A stretch of DNA of 64,000 nt. Source: an uncultured Gammaproteobacteria bacterium. GTDB taxonomy: Bacteria; Pseudomonadota; Gammaproteobacteria; DSM-19610. Below are positions 30,733 through 41,439 of this stretch, in pieces (position 1 is the first letter of the stretch; each line of letters begins with the position of its first letter). The notes beneath the pieces are model-generated. The model did no database searches. It was not told the DNA's origin and worked only from the letters and a program-made list of their open reading frames with translations. The position numbers were made by a program, and so were the translations under genes. Where the stretch lies: assembly GCA_963695455.1 (NCBI GenBank), contig CAVOGN010000014.1:96644-160643 (forward strand), in the 5' to 3' direction.

Positions 30733-32553
30733 TTATTGCGATTCGAATCGCGGTGCGGCCAGCGGCCGGAAAACCCGTCCGCTGCCCTGCAGAAAGCGAA
30801 TAAAGAACTCGAACAGGATCAGGCGCGTGGTCTGCACCGTCACCACCAGTCCTTCCAGCATTATAACCACCAGGTTACCCAGCAACAGCAGCAACAGGCC
30901 GACGACAGCCTGATCGGTCGTCGCAGCCAGCGTATTGAATGCCAGCGACAGGCCGGCATGCGCCAGGGCGAAGGCGCCGACACGGACGAAGGACAAGGTG
31001 TTCATCAGCAACTGCAGCAGGGTTTCGACCAGGGTTCCGAACGCTATTAACAGGCCCAGCCCGCGCCGCCCGGTTGTGCACAGCAGGCTGCCGATGAGAT
31101 ACCACAACAGCGCGGGCACGGCGACCAGCGCGGCGGCGGAGAAAAACGGCGTGCTCAGTATGGCGACATACAGCACCAGCTGCGGCGCGTCGGTCAGCCA
31201 CCAGCGCCCGAGCTGGCCGCGCCAGAACATCTCCAGGGCACGCAGCAGCAGGCCGATCAGCATGATCACCGCACCGGCCACCAGCGGCACCAGCAGGATC
31301 TCACCGGGATGCTGGATCGGATGCACCCAGAGTGGCGCAATCAGGTCTTCGCGCCCGAACACGCTGCCGAACAGAAAGCCGAACAGGACGGCGGCGAGGC
31401 CGTTCACCACCAGCACTCCGACCACCGGCCAGCGCCGCCGCAACAGCAGCCCGGCCGCCACCAGCACCAGACCCTGGCCGACGTCACCGAACATGTAGCC
31501 GAACAGCAGCGGCGCCAGCAGCGCCACCAGAGGGCTGGGGTCGGCCTCATCGCCACCCGGGGTGCCGAGCATGCGCGTGAACACTTCGAACGGTCGCACC
31601 CAGGCCGGATTGCGCAGCACCAGCGGCGGCTCTACATCACGCGGCGCCTCGGTCGCATGCAACAGCGCCGCAACCCCCGCCCGCGCCAACGCGTCACGCA
31701 GCCGCTGCCCGTCGAAGTCGTCGGTCCAGCCACTGACCCGGGCAAAGTTAACGGTACGCGGTAAGCCACTGATGCTGGCCATGAACCATTCCAGCAGACG
31801 GATTTCGGCCAGCACCTGCGCCAGCCGGTGGCGCCGCGACAGCGCTGCCAGCTCCCAGCCGAGGCGCACAGTGCAGTGGTCGGTGTCGCTCAGGCGCTGC
31901 TTGATCTGTTCCAGCAACGCGGCGCGGTCACCGTGCAAACCGCCAGGAAAGGCAACCGCGCGCCCCTTGGCCTCGGCGAGGTCCGCCTGCAGCGCGGCAA
32001 GCTCGGCCGCTGTGCCGACCGCCAGCAGGAACCTGCGCTTGCCCGCCTCCACCCAGCGGTGCAGCAGAGCGCCGGGCACGGGCGGACTTTCAGCGCCGGG
32101 GGGGAACACAAACAGGCGTGCGGCGAGAATTGGGCCGGCGCTCTCGAGCAGCGCCAGATCGGGCATCGGGTCCTGCAGCCGGGTGACCAGCATCTGCACC
32201 AGCCGCAGTTCGGCTTGCGCGGCAATGCAGGATTCCAGCTCCTCGACCCGCGGTGCCGCGGCCTGCTCCCAGGCCCGCAACTGTTCGAGACCGGCGGTGA
32301 GCACCTCAGTCGGGCTGGCGGAACGCAGCGCAGACTGCAACCCGGTCTTTGGCCAGTAGGCGTGATAGCGCCGCGCCAGGCGCTGGTACTCGTCCATGAG
32401 CGGCTGCAGCTGCGGCAGGCACAGCGGCGCCTCGATATCGGCATGGGTTTCCAGCTCCACGCGTCCGCTTCTTGCCAGCACGCCGACCGCCGGGGCCAGC
32501 GCGTCACGCGCCACCAGCATTTCAAACCAGCGGGTGCGCACCGGCCGCAGCAT
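30733..32553 (-). CDS. V/A-type ATPase subunit I (a)
   Basis: MLRP start, FGYMFGDVGQG, NTLSFVRVGAFALAH (essential Arg), QTTRLILFEFF. Confidence 0.93.
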   Translation of the reverse strand: MLRPVRTRWFEMLVARDALAPAVGVLARSGRVELETHADIEAPLCLPQLQPLMDEYQRLARRYHAYWPKTGLQSALRSASPTEVLTAGLEQLRAWEQAAAPRVEELESCIAAQAELRLVQMLVTRLQDPMPDLALLESAGPILAARLFVFPPGAESPPVPGALLHRWVEAGKRRFLLAVGTAAELAALQADLAEAKGRAVAFPGGLHGDRAALLEQIKQRLSDTDHCTVRLGWELAALSRRHRLAQVLAEIRLLEWFMASISGLPRTVNFARVSGWTDDFDGQRLRDALARAGVAALLHATEAPRDVEPPLVLRNPAWVRPFEVFTRMLGTPGGDEADPSPLVALLAPLLFGYMFGDVGQGLVLVAAGLLLRRRWPVVGVLVVNGLAAVLFGFLFGSVFGREDLIAPLWVHPIQHPGEILLVPLVAGAVIMLIGLLLRALEMFWRGQLGRWWLTDAPQLVLYVAILSTPFFSAAALVAVPALLWYLIGSLLCTTGRRGLGLLIAFGTLVETLLQLLMNTLSFVRVGAFALAHAGLSLAFNTLAATTDQAVVGLLLLLLGNLVVIMLEGLVVTVQTTRLILFEFFIRFLQGSGRVFRPLAAPRFESQ

Positions 32554-33320
32554 CAGGCTTGCGCCTCCGGGGTCGCCTCGAACAGCAACCTGCGCAGAAT
32601 GGCACCCCGCAGTCGCTGCACGTCCAGCGTCACCAGGCTCAGGTGGGCAACCGCCGCGGCAGGCTGGAAGGCATGGTAGCGGAAGGCGCGTTCGTAGTTC
32701 GCCTGCAGCGCCGAGCGCCGCTGACCGCTCACATCGCTGACTCCCGCCAGCGCCGCACCCGTCTGGCTCGCGTGCAGCGCGGCGAGCTGACGCAGCCCAC
32801 GGGTCAGGCGCGGCGCGTGTGGCCACGTCTGTTGCCAGCATTCCCGCCAGGTCTGGTACAGAGGGACGGACGGGGTCCAGTGCTGCGCGAGGCAGGCGCA
32901 ATCCGAGTCGCGCATTGCCTTGCGCCGCTCGGCGAACGAGGCGGCGATGAAAGGCGCCAGCGCCGGATCGGCTCGCATCCAGTCCGGCACGGTCGACTCG
33001 CTGAGCAAGTGCTGGATAGCGGCAAGATCGGCAAGCCGTGTTGTCCAGCCGATCGGAACACGCCACTGCGCCGGCAACCAGCTGGCCACCTCACCCACGT
33101 AGGCACGCAACTGCCTTCTCAGCGACAGCTCCATCTCGTGGCTGCTCTGGTGGGGCTGCAGGCCCGCCACCCAGCGCTGCAATACCGAACGGCGCGCAAC
33201 CTGAAGGTAGTGATTCAGTTCGCCGATGCCCTGCAGGCGCCGCCACAACCGCTCGTCCGGCCGTTGACCGTGACGCGCCTGCAGACGCGCCTGCGCATAA
33301 GCAAAAGCGCCAGCGCTCAT
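32553..33320 (-). CDS. V/A-type ATPase subunit C/d-like protein (divergent)
   Basis: FAYAQARLQAR N-terminus and position in the operon. Confidence 0.6.
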   Translation of the reverse strand: MSAGAFAYAQARLQARHGQRPDERLWRRLQGIGELNHYLQVARRSVLQRWVAGLQPHQSSHEMELSLRRQLRAYVGEVASWLPAQWRVPIGWTTRLADLAAIQHLLSESTVPDWMRADPALAPFIAASFAERRKAMRDSDCACLAQHWTPSVPLYQTWRECWQQTWPHAPRLTRGLRQLAALHASQTGAALAGVSDVSGQRRSALQANYERAFRYHAFQPAAAVAHLSLVTLDVQRLRGAILRRLLFEATPEAQA

Positions 33321-33697
33321 TCGCGCGTATGCCGCGCGCCGGGCGTCGCATCGTCTGCACCGGTCAGGTCCGCCGCCAGAGCGGCGAGCACGGTCTTGAT
33401 GCCCTGCTCTCCCACCTGGCCCGGATGCGCTGCGGCAGCGGGTTCCTGTTGCTGCTTCTCGATGGCCTTGACGACCGTGTCAATACGGTGATTGCAGCGC
33501 ATCTGTATCACTGCAATGCGCTGATCGGCGCGCCTGACCAGCCGCTGGGCACGCGCCTGCGCGGCCTGCACTATCGCCTGCGCCCGCTGCTCGCACTCGG
33601 CAATGGCCCGCTTGGCGTCGCGCTCCGCCTGCAGAACCCTGTTCATGCGCTGGCCGGCGTGTTCGTCTGCCTGACCATCCGAGTGTGCGTCTGTCAT
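33317..33697 (-). CDS. V/A-type ATPase subunit G/H-like stator
   Basis: MNRVLQAERDAKRAIAECEQRAQAIVQAAQ coiled coil; first gene of the operon. Confidence 0.6.
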   Translation of the reverse strand: MTDAHSDGQADEHAGQRMNRVLQAERDAKRAIAECEQRAQAIVQAAQARAQRLVRRADQRIAVIQMRCNHRIDTVVKAIEKQQQEPAAAAHPGQVGEQGIKTVLAALAADLTGADDATPGARHTRE

Positions 33698-33842
33698 CGT
33701 CTGCCCCTGCGCGTTGCCGCTTCGGACCTGAAACACCGGGTCCGGGTCGATTGTATGCCATGCCCGATTTACCGGCCACCGCAACCGTGCAGGACAGCGG
33801 CCGTCATTGCGGCCCCGAGGCCGGCGCAGCGCTGTGCCCGGC

Positions 33843-34257
33843 TCAGTCCGGTTGCGGACCGGCTGCACGTTTGCGCTTACCGCACCGGTCGCGCGGGCCT
33901 CCCACCAGCATGGGCATGATAATCAGCGGCATGCCCCGCAGATGCAGACGTCTCTGCAAGGCCAGCGCAGTGTAATTGTGCAATTGACGGGTCAGCTGAT
34001 TCTCGCGCCGGAACACCAGGGTGCCGGCAAAAAACAGGCTGCCCGGGAAACGCTCCAACACCTGGTCCGCCAGCTCCATCGCGCGGCAACCGGATCGGTC
34101 CCGTAGGCCGACGAGGAAAGCCCGTCGGCGCCGCGCCCGACCCAGGCGAGGAAAGCAATCAGGGTGATGTGCTGGCGGGTCTCCGGCGCCACGGGGTACG
34201 CGGTGGTTCGACCCGCCAGCGCAGCGTACCTTCGCGCTCGGAACGCGTTGTGGTCAT
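33843..34257 (-). pseudogene. Internally deleted APC-superfamily (KimA/YdaO-like) permease
   Basis: N-terminal LIAFLAWVGRGADGLSSSAYG joins directly to C-terminal TDPVA.../ELADQVLERFPGSLFFAG...LHNYTALALQRRL; additional frameshifts are present. Confidence 0.75.
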
Positions 34258-34338
34258 GCGAGCCACCCTCCGCGCGCTGGTGTCTCTGCGACTGGGTCGC
34301 CTCCGCTCACAGCCCCATAACAGGTACTCTCGGCAGGT

Positions 34339-35277
34339 TCAGGGTCCGGCGTCGGTCTCGGCACCCGGCTGTTTTACCGGCGCCAGGTTGGCGCGGGTGA
34401 CACCCAGCCACAGCGCCAGCGGACTGGCCACATAGATCGAGGACACGGTACCGATCAGGATGCCGACAATCAGTGCCAGGGCGAATCCGTGCACCACCTG
34501 GCCGCCAAATATGAACAAAGCTACCACCACCAGCATGGTGGTGCCGCTGGTCATGATGGTTCGCGACAGGGTCTGGTTGATCGACACATTCATCAGATCA
34601 GCGACCGTCCCCGTGCGCATGCGGCGGAAATTCTCGCGAATGCGGTCGAACACCACGATGGTGTCGTTCAGGGAGTAGCCGATGACGGCCAGCACTGCCG
34701 CCATCACGGTGAGGTCGAACTCGATCTGGAACAGCGAGAAGAAACCGAGGGTGAAGACCGTGTCGTGCACGGTGGCAAGGACTGCGCCCAGTGACAGGCG
34801 CCACTCGAAGCGCAGCGCCACATAGATGAGGATACCGATCAGCGCGAACAGCATCGCCAGCCCGCCCTGCTCGGTCAGTTCATCGCCCACCTGCGCACCG
34901 ACGTACTCGACCCGGCGCATGTCAACCGTGTTCGGGCTGGCCTGCTGCAGTGCGACCAGCACCCGGGTGCTCAGTTCGGCGCTGTCCTCGCCGGCGCGCG
35001 GCGCCAGCCGCACCATCACCTCGCGAGGCGTTCCGAAGTGCTGCACGACGGCATCGCCGAAGCCACCCTGCGTCAACGCCTCGCGCACATCCACCAGGTC
35101 GACGGGCGCCGCATAGCCGACTTCGATCAGCGTACCGCCGGTGAAATCCAGCCCCAGCGCGAGCCCGCGAACGAACAGCGAACCCAGGCTGATGACAATC
35201 AGTGCAGCCAGCAGAATAGCCATAAGCCGGCGCTTACCCATGAAATCGATATGGGTGTCAGTCTTGAAGAATTCCAT
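34339..35277 (-). CDS. secF: Protein translocase subunit SecF
   Basis: IDFMG, LGLDFTGG, VGDEL, RFEW, HD, GYSLNDTIVVFDRIREN, TLSRT. Confidence 0.95.
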   Translation of the reverse strand: MEFFKTDTHIDFMGKRRLMAILLAALIVISLGSLFVRGLALGLDFTGGTLIEVGYAAPVDLVDVREALTQGGFGDAVVQHFGTPREVMVRLAPRAGEDSAELSTRVLVALQQASPNTVDMRRVEYVGAQVGDELTEQGGLAMLFALIGILIYVALRFEWRLSLGAVLATVHDTVFTLGFFSLFQIEFDLTVMAAVLAVIGYSLNDTIVVFDRIRENFRRMRTGTVADLMNVSINQTLSRTIMTSGTTMLVVVALFIFGGQVVHGFALALIVGILIGTVSSIYVASPLALWLGVTRANLAPVKQPGAETDAGP

Positions 35278-35562
35278 ATGTGCCCCCACGACATGGCCGC
35301 GAGAAAGTTTCGGGTTGGGTCTGCGATCGGAATCATTTGAGATGACTCCGGATGGCCGAGGCACGCTACGCGTGTTTCTGAGAATCGTCAATATACCGGA
35401 GACCTAGATTTTTCCTAAGGCCTGGTGTCGGTGCGCACCGCCAACGGTCCGGTCAGAGCAGCTGGCGGCCATCCCGGATACCGACCCTTCGATCTCCCGG
35501 GTGCGGATCATCTCATCGACCGTCTGCACCAGGGCTCGACCCACATCCGGATCTAGCTCCAC

Positions 35563-38047
35563 TCAGCGCCTGGGTCGGGTGCGCGACGTTGCTTCGGCCT
35601 GCAGCGGTTCGTCCGGCCAGTAATGCTTGGGATAACGCCCGCGCAACTCTTTTTTCACGTCATGATAGGCGCCGCTCCAGAACGCAGCCAGATCCCGGGT
35701 GATCTGCACCGGACGCCGCGCCGGCGACAGCAGGTGCAGCAACAGGGGCACCCGACCGCCGGCAACGCACGGCGTGTCGGTTAGACCGAACATCTCCTGC
35801 AGCCGCACCGCCAGTACCGGCGTCTCCTGGCTGTAATCGACGCGCACCCGGGAGCCGCTCGGCACACTGACGTGGGTCGGCGCCAGCTCGTCCAGCCGAC
35901 GCTGCTGCTGCCATCGACAGCAGCGCCAGCAGCGCAGCGCGCAGATCGAGCCGCTTCAGATGGGCGAGGCGCGTTATACCGTCCAGCCAGGGCGACAACC
36001 AGTCGTGCGGCCTGCAGCAAGGCGTCGTCGGCGAGATCGGGCCAGCCGCGGCGCCAGTCGGTGCAGGAAACCCACGCGCGCCTGCAACTGCGCGTCGCAT
36101 CGTTCCAGGGCAGACAGGCGACGCCTTGGCGGACGGATGCCCTCGAGCATGCACGTCGCGCACCTGCTCCGGGTCGCTCCGCCAGGGGCGGTCGTCCAGC
36201 ACCAGCTCGCCGAGCGGCGTTGCCGGCGTCGCCTGTACGCATTGCTCGGCCGGTCGTCCCAGGCGACGAAGCGGTGCTCGCTGAGCAGTGCGCCGTGAAA
36301 CTCGAGCAGCTGCTGCGATCGCACCGCCGCGGCCAGAAAGATGCGAGCCTCGCGCCCGTCAAGGTGCCGCCACCGGTAGATCCTGCGGCCGCCAGCGGTT
36401 CGGGCTCGCGGAAACGGGCCCCGCGTCCGTTACTCAGCAGAAAACGTTGCTCCTGCCCACCACGGCGTTGCGCAATGCGGTCGGGATAGGCAAAAGCCAG
36501 CAGCACGCCGCGTACAAGGTCAGCGTCATCGCCCGGCTGTCAGCGACCCCCAGCCGCACGCTCCACTGTGCCACCAGTGCGCGCAGTGGGCCACGCTTCG
36601 CTGACCCGGGCGACTTCGCCGCGATCGCTGCCGCGCAACCATTCGACCCGTAACTGCAGTCGCGTCATCGCCCGAGCCGCGCAAGGGGTCGCTTCACCCA
36701 GCAGCGCCGCCAGTTCACAGGCCAGGCGCTGCATACCCCAGTTGCGGCGCCGCGATCATCATGTGCGCCAGGCGCGGGTGCACGCCCAGTTCGGCAGCCT
36801 GCGGCCGTGCTCGGTGATGGCGCCGCGCGCGTCGAGGGCTGCCGACGCTGTTATAGCGACTGGTCGCCTGGGCCATATGCGCGGCCGGGGGCATGTCCAG
36901 CCAGCGCAGCTGGGCGGCAGTCCGCACACCCCAGTGCGCCGAGTTCCAGCACCAGCGGCGCCAGGTCGGCCTGCAGTATCTCCGCCACGCCTGCGGGACT
37001 CAGGTGGCGGTGTTCCGACCAGAGGCGGTAACAGACACCGGCTTCGAGCCGCCCGGCGCGCCCGGCCCGCTGTTCGGCGGCCGCACGCGATACCGGCAGT
37101 GTCACCAGGCGATCGAGACCGCGTTCGGCATCGAAGCGCATCGCCGCATCAGCCCGGCGTCGATCACGACGCGTATACCCTCGATGGTCAGGCTGGTTTC
37201 GGCAATCGCCGTAGCCAGCACGACTCTTGCGCTGCCCGGCGACCGCCGGACTGTATCGCGCCGTCCTGCGCGCGTGCGTCCAGCTGACCGTACAGCGGCG
37301 CGAGCTGGATCTCGGCGGCAAGCCCGGCGTCTGCAAGGCGGCGTCCACCGGCGGATCTCTGCGATCACCGGGCAGAAACACCAGCAGGCTGCCGCTTGCT
37401 CCCGCAGGCGACGCATACCACCTGGCGCCACTTCGTCACAGAAGGCGCGGGCTCGCGCGCAAAGTCGCGCGCGCGTCGGCTGGTAGCGAATCTCGACCGG
37501 GTAACTGCGCCCGCGCTGGTCAGCACCGGCGCGTCCCCAGCAGCGCGCGCGACCGCCTCACCTTCGAGCGTCGCCGACATCACCAGCAGGCGCAGGTCTT
37601 CGCGCAGGGCGCTCTGCATGTCGAGACACAGCGCCAGCGCCAAGATCGGCCTGCAGGCTGCGCTCGTGGAATTCGTCGAAAATCACCAGGCCGACACCTG
37701 CCGAGCGACGGATCATGCTGCAGCATACCGGCTCAGGATACCCTCGGTCACCACCTCGATGCGGGTAGCAGGCCCGACCCTGCTTGTCCAGGCGCACGCG
37801 ATAGCCGACGGTCTGCACCGACGCGCTCACCGAGGAGGCGCCATGAAGCGCGCCGCCGCGCGCGCCGCCAGACGGCGTGGTTCCAGCATGACGATTTTGC
37901 TGTCGCCGAGCCACGCGCATCGAGCAACGCCAGCGGCACACGGGTGGTCTTGCCGGCACCGGGCGGTGCCTGCAGCACCGCACCGGGCGCACCGGCGAGG
38001 GTGCGTCGCAGGTCCGGCAACAGGGCATCGATGGGCAGGCTCGGCAT
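35563..38047 (-). pseudogene. hrpB: ATP-dependent helicase HrpB, heavily frameshifted (probably sequence errors)
   Basis: Fragments QAPPGAGKTT, DEFHERS, VMSATL, ATAIAETSLTIEG, QRAGRAGR, AYPDRIA, RLQEMFG, LRGRYPKHYWP lie in the correct order. Confidence 0.9.
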
Positions 38048-38064
38048 GTGGGTGACAATCGGGA

Positions 38065-38430
38065 TCAGAGGTATGGGGCGGCCAGTGTCGCCAATTGCGA
38101 GCGGCCGACCTCTGCCACCGGGTAGAACGACCAACGATTCAAGCAACCATCGGGCAAGCCTGTCTTGATGCTTTCGTCATGGCCGTTCTGCCACGGGCTG
38201 CCGGGGTCAAGATAGGGAACCCTGACCCGCCGGCTAACGATGTACACGGTGTGCGACGAACTCCTGACCATAGTCCGATTTGATGCATTCCGGCATGCTG
38301 TATACATCAAACAGGAAGGACAAACGCCGGATCACGTCACCGGAGGTGACCGATCGGTTCAGATAGATCATCAGCTCAGCCTCCTTCCAGCGGGCGTCCT
38401 GTTTGTCTGTGTTCGTCCGCAAACAGCCGA
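38065..38430 (-). mobile_element. Degenerate IS3-family transposase (integrase core) remnant
   Basis: PECIKSDYGQEF and YLDPGSPWQNGHDES...CLNRWSF in different frames are decayed versions of IS3 SDNGPEF and PGSPWQNGxxES...ECLN. Confidence 0.8.
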
Positions 38431-38432
38431 AA

Positions 38433-40583
38433 CTATTTTGCGTCTGATCCTATCGTTTCCGTCGCCGGCATTGCAAGATGCAAAGGACATGTTTCCTTAT
38501 GCCCCTCTTCCAATTTGCTCCACACGTATTCCAAAGCATGCTCGGTGCGGCGGAAAAAGCGCGCTTCGCCAAATCGTTCCAAATAGCGCGCATGACGTAA
38601 TACATCCAGTATTTGATTCTTGACGCGCGCAAACAACAACTCAATGCCGTTTTTGTCCAAGCGCTCTGTAAGCTGGATCAGCATTTCCTCGCCTGTTGCA
38701 TCTAATTGATTAATGCCCTCTGCGTCGACGATAATAAACTTCAACTCCGGTTTGTCTGCCAGTTTCTGCAATACGATATCTTCGAAGTAGCTGGTATTGG
38801 CAAAATACAGCGAGCCGTCGAAGCGCACGACTGCGATGTTGGGGCAGGTCTTCAACCTATGCAATTTGGCATCACGCAACGTGCCGTCGGGATGGCGCGC
38901 GAGCGCCACAACCCTCGGCTCCATGGTACGGTATAAGAACAATCCCAACGACAGCAATACGCCGACGACAATGGCTTGGTCCAAGTGCGGAGCAACCGCC
39001 AAAGTCAGAATGAAGGTAATAACCGCAACAACCCCATCCGCATGGTGAACCGCCCAGATATGTAGAAACGCACGCAAATCAACCAATCCGAAGACCGCCA
39101 TCATAATAACCGCTGCCAAAGTAGCCTGTGGCAGATGGTACAGAAACGGTGTAAACAGAATTAACGTGATCACCACCATCAGACTGGTCACAACAGACGA
39201 CAAACCGGTCAATGCACCGGCATCGATGTTCACTGCGGAACGGGAAAAGGAGCCGGACACCGGATAACTTTGGAATGCACTGCCCACAATGTTGCTTAAT
39301 CCCTGGCCAACCAGTTCTTGATTGGCATTAAGGCGTTGACGAGTACGCACAGCCATGGCCTTGGCGATCGATATGGCCTCCATGAAGCCAATCAAGGCAA
39401 TGGCAATAGTTGCGACCAACAGCTGCGCAATGATGTCAAAATTCAAGGTCGGCATTTTTAATGCCGGTAAACCACGCGGTACCGTGCCGACGACTTTTCC
39501 GCCGGAACTGATTTGCAGCGCACCGTCTTTGTTGACTTGAACAATATGCCAGACTTTTCCATCGGTTTCGGAGCCTTCAGGTGCATGGCCTTTGAGATAA
39601 ATCTGGCCCTGGTCCCTGCCGTCGAGCATCACCTGTTCGAAGTGTAAGCCTCGCAGCTCTTTCCGGTTTGCCTTGCTGGCTTGCTTCAGCTTCTCGCCCC
39701 GCAACCGCAGTAAGTCGAGTTGGTGCAGCGCCAGCAAGGTGCGCGCATCATCGTCGCCAACCTCCCTTCTGGCTTTATGCAAATCCTGGTCAGCCTTGTG
39801 TATCTGTTCGTCGGTGGCCCCGATTTGGTTTGCAATTTGCCTTTGTTCGGCAATGAGACTGCCCACGGTTTCGTTAGCGAATTGACTGGCATCCACACTG
39901 CGTTGGCTGTCAAATGCGATCAACCAGGCGATAACCGTCGTGAACGCCACCGCCACCAACACATCGGGAATACGCGGATTGATTTTCCTCAACACAATCA
40001 TTATGGCGAAAGCCAGAAGCGCCAGAAGCAAAGTCGGCCAGTGCGTGTCCCTCATGGCCGCAACAACGGTGTTCCACACGGTTTCGTAGTGGTGTTCCGC
40101 TTTATCTACGCTCACACCGAATATTTCTCCAAGTTGCGAGGTCGCAATAATAATTGCCGCGGCGTTGGTAAACCCCACTACTACGGCATGCGATAGAAAA
40201 TTCACCAGCACGCCTAAACGCAGCAGTCCTAACGCCAATTGAAACAGTCCCACCATCAATGCCAGCAAAATTGCATAGGCTATGTAGGCTTCGCCGCCGG
40301 CAGTGGCGAGTGGCTCCAACGCCGCAGCCGTTAACAGCGAGACCACGGCTACTGGCCCGGTGGCCAACTGGTTTGACGACCCAAACATGGCCGCGACCAT
40401 CGGAGGTAAGAAGGCCCCATATAAGCCATAGTAAGGCGGCAAACCGGCTAGCTGGGCGTAGGCCATAGACTGCGGTATCAGAACCAGCGCCACCGTAATG
40501 CCGGCGACTAAATCGGCGCGCAATTTGTGTGCGTTAAACGGAAACCAGGCGAGGAAGGGTAAAAAGCGCTTTATCTTATCCAT
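38433..40583 (-). CDS. SulP/SLC26 anion permease with STAS domain and a large soluble insertion
   Basis: DLVAGITV, PQSMAYA, GSSNQLATGP, NQELVGQG, GSFSRSA, STAS LYFAN. Confidence 0.93.
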   Translation of the reverse strand: MDKIKRFLPFLAWFPFNAHKLRADLVAGITVALVLIPQSMAYAQLAGLPPYYGLYGAFLPPMVAAMFGSSNQLATGPVAVVSLLTAAALEPLATAGGEAYIAYAILLALMVGLFQLALGLLRLGVLVNFLSHAVVVGFTNAAAIIIATSQLGEIFGVSVDKAEHHYETVWNTVVAAMRDTHWPTLLLALLAFAIMIVLRKINPRIPDVLVAVAFTTVIAWLIAFDSQRSVDASQFANETVGSLIAEQRQIANQIGATDEQIHKADQDLHKARREVGDDDARTLLALHQLDLLRLRGEKLKQASKANRKELRGLHFEQVMLDGRDQGQIYLKGHAPEGSETDGKVWHIVQVNKDGALQISSGGKVVGTVPRGLPALKMPTLNFDIIAQLLVATIAIALIGFMEAISIAKAMAVRTRQRLNANQELVGQGLSNIVGSAFQSYPVSGSFSRSAVNIDAGALTGLSSVVTSLMVVITLILFTPFLYHLPQATLAAVIMMAVFGLVDLRAFLHIWAVHHADGVVAVITFILTLAVAPHLDQAIVVGVLLSLGLFLYRTMEPRVVALARHPDGTLRDAKLHRLKTCPNIAVVRFDGSLYFANTSYFEDIVLQKLADKPELKFIIVDAEGINQLDATGEEMLIQLTERLDKNGIELLFARVKNQILDVLRHARYLERFGEARFFRRTEHALEYVWSKLEEGHKETCPLHLAMPATETIGSDAK

Positions 40584-40887
40584 AGTTCTTGTCACCACGA
40601 CTGTTCCAGTGTGCGCTGGATATGATTTACAAGTCTGCCCAGACTTAGCGCCAGATCCTTCGACTTAATTGGTGCAGAGCAACAACGAGCAGCCAGAGGC
40701 AGTACCGTCAGGGCAGCCTGACACCCGCAAGGAGTACCGGAAATGCCCCTGGCACGCCTGCTTCAGTGTCCCCTGGAAAGGTAGACCATTCCCTGAGGGT
40801 TGCGCGCAAAGGAGGTGCCCTTGGGGAGCGCCGCGCACTGACTGCGCGGGGACGCTCTGAACGGGTCAGCATGACTCATGCAGCATA

Positions 40888-41439
40888 CTAACGTTTCGCG
40901 ATCAATTGCAGAAACTCGTGGCGGGTACGGTGATTTTCCCGGAACGAACCAAGCATCATGGATGAGACGGTCCAGGAATGCTGTTTCTGAACCCCGCGCA
41001 TCATCATGCAGAAATGCTGAGCCTCGAGCACCACACCGACACCGGCAGCACCCGTCACCTCCTGCACCGCATCCGCGATCTGCTTGGTCAGCTGTTCCTG
41101 GATCTGCAGGCGCCGCGCGTACATGTCGGTGATGCGCGCGAGCTTGGACAGGCCGATCACCTTGCCGTTGGGCACATAGGCTACATGCGCCTTGCCCACG
41201 AACGGCAGCAAATGGTGCTCGCACAAGGAGTACAGCTCGATATCCTTGACGATGACCATTTCGTCATTGTCCGAGTCAAACACGGCCTCGTTTACGACTT
41301 CATCGAGCGTCTGCCGGTACCCCTGGGTCAGAAACTCGAAGGCGTTCGCCGCGCGCTGCGGTGTTTTCAACAATCCATCGCGGGTAATATCTTCCCCTGC
41401 ACTGGCAATGATTTGCTCATACAACTTTGCAGTGTCCAT
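40888..41439 (-). CDS. folE: GTP cyclohydrolase I
   Basis: [41 protein letters not shown]. Confidence 0.96.
   Translation of the reverse strand: MDTAKLYEQIIASAGEDITRDGLLKTPQRAANAFEFLTQGYRQTLDEVVNEAVFDSDNDEMVIVKDIELYSLCEHHLLPFVGKAHVAYVPNGKVIGLSKLARITDMYARRLQIQEQLTKQIADAVQEVTGAAGVGVVLEAQHFCMMMRGVQKQHSWTVSSMMLGSFRENHRTRHEFLQLIAKR

Noticed and set aside
35405-35562. Short minus-strand ORF between hrpB and secF as a secD remnant
   Set aside because: Its translation (ELDPDVGRALVQTVDEMIRT...) shows no SecD motifs or TM segments.
40750-40766. Sigma54 promoter (tggcacgcctgcttc); a similar site lies near 63415-63431 on the minus strand
   Set aside because: The -12 TTGC element is missing or mis-spaced, and the 40750 site has no suitably oriented gene downstream.
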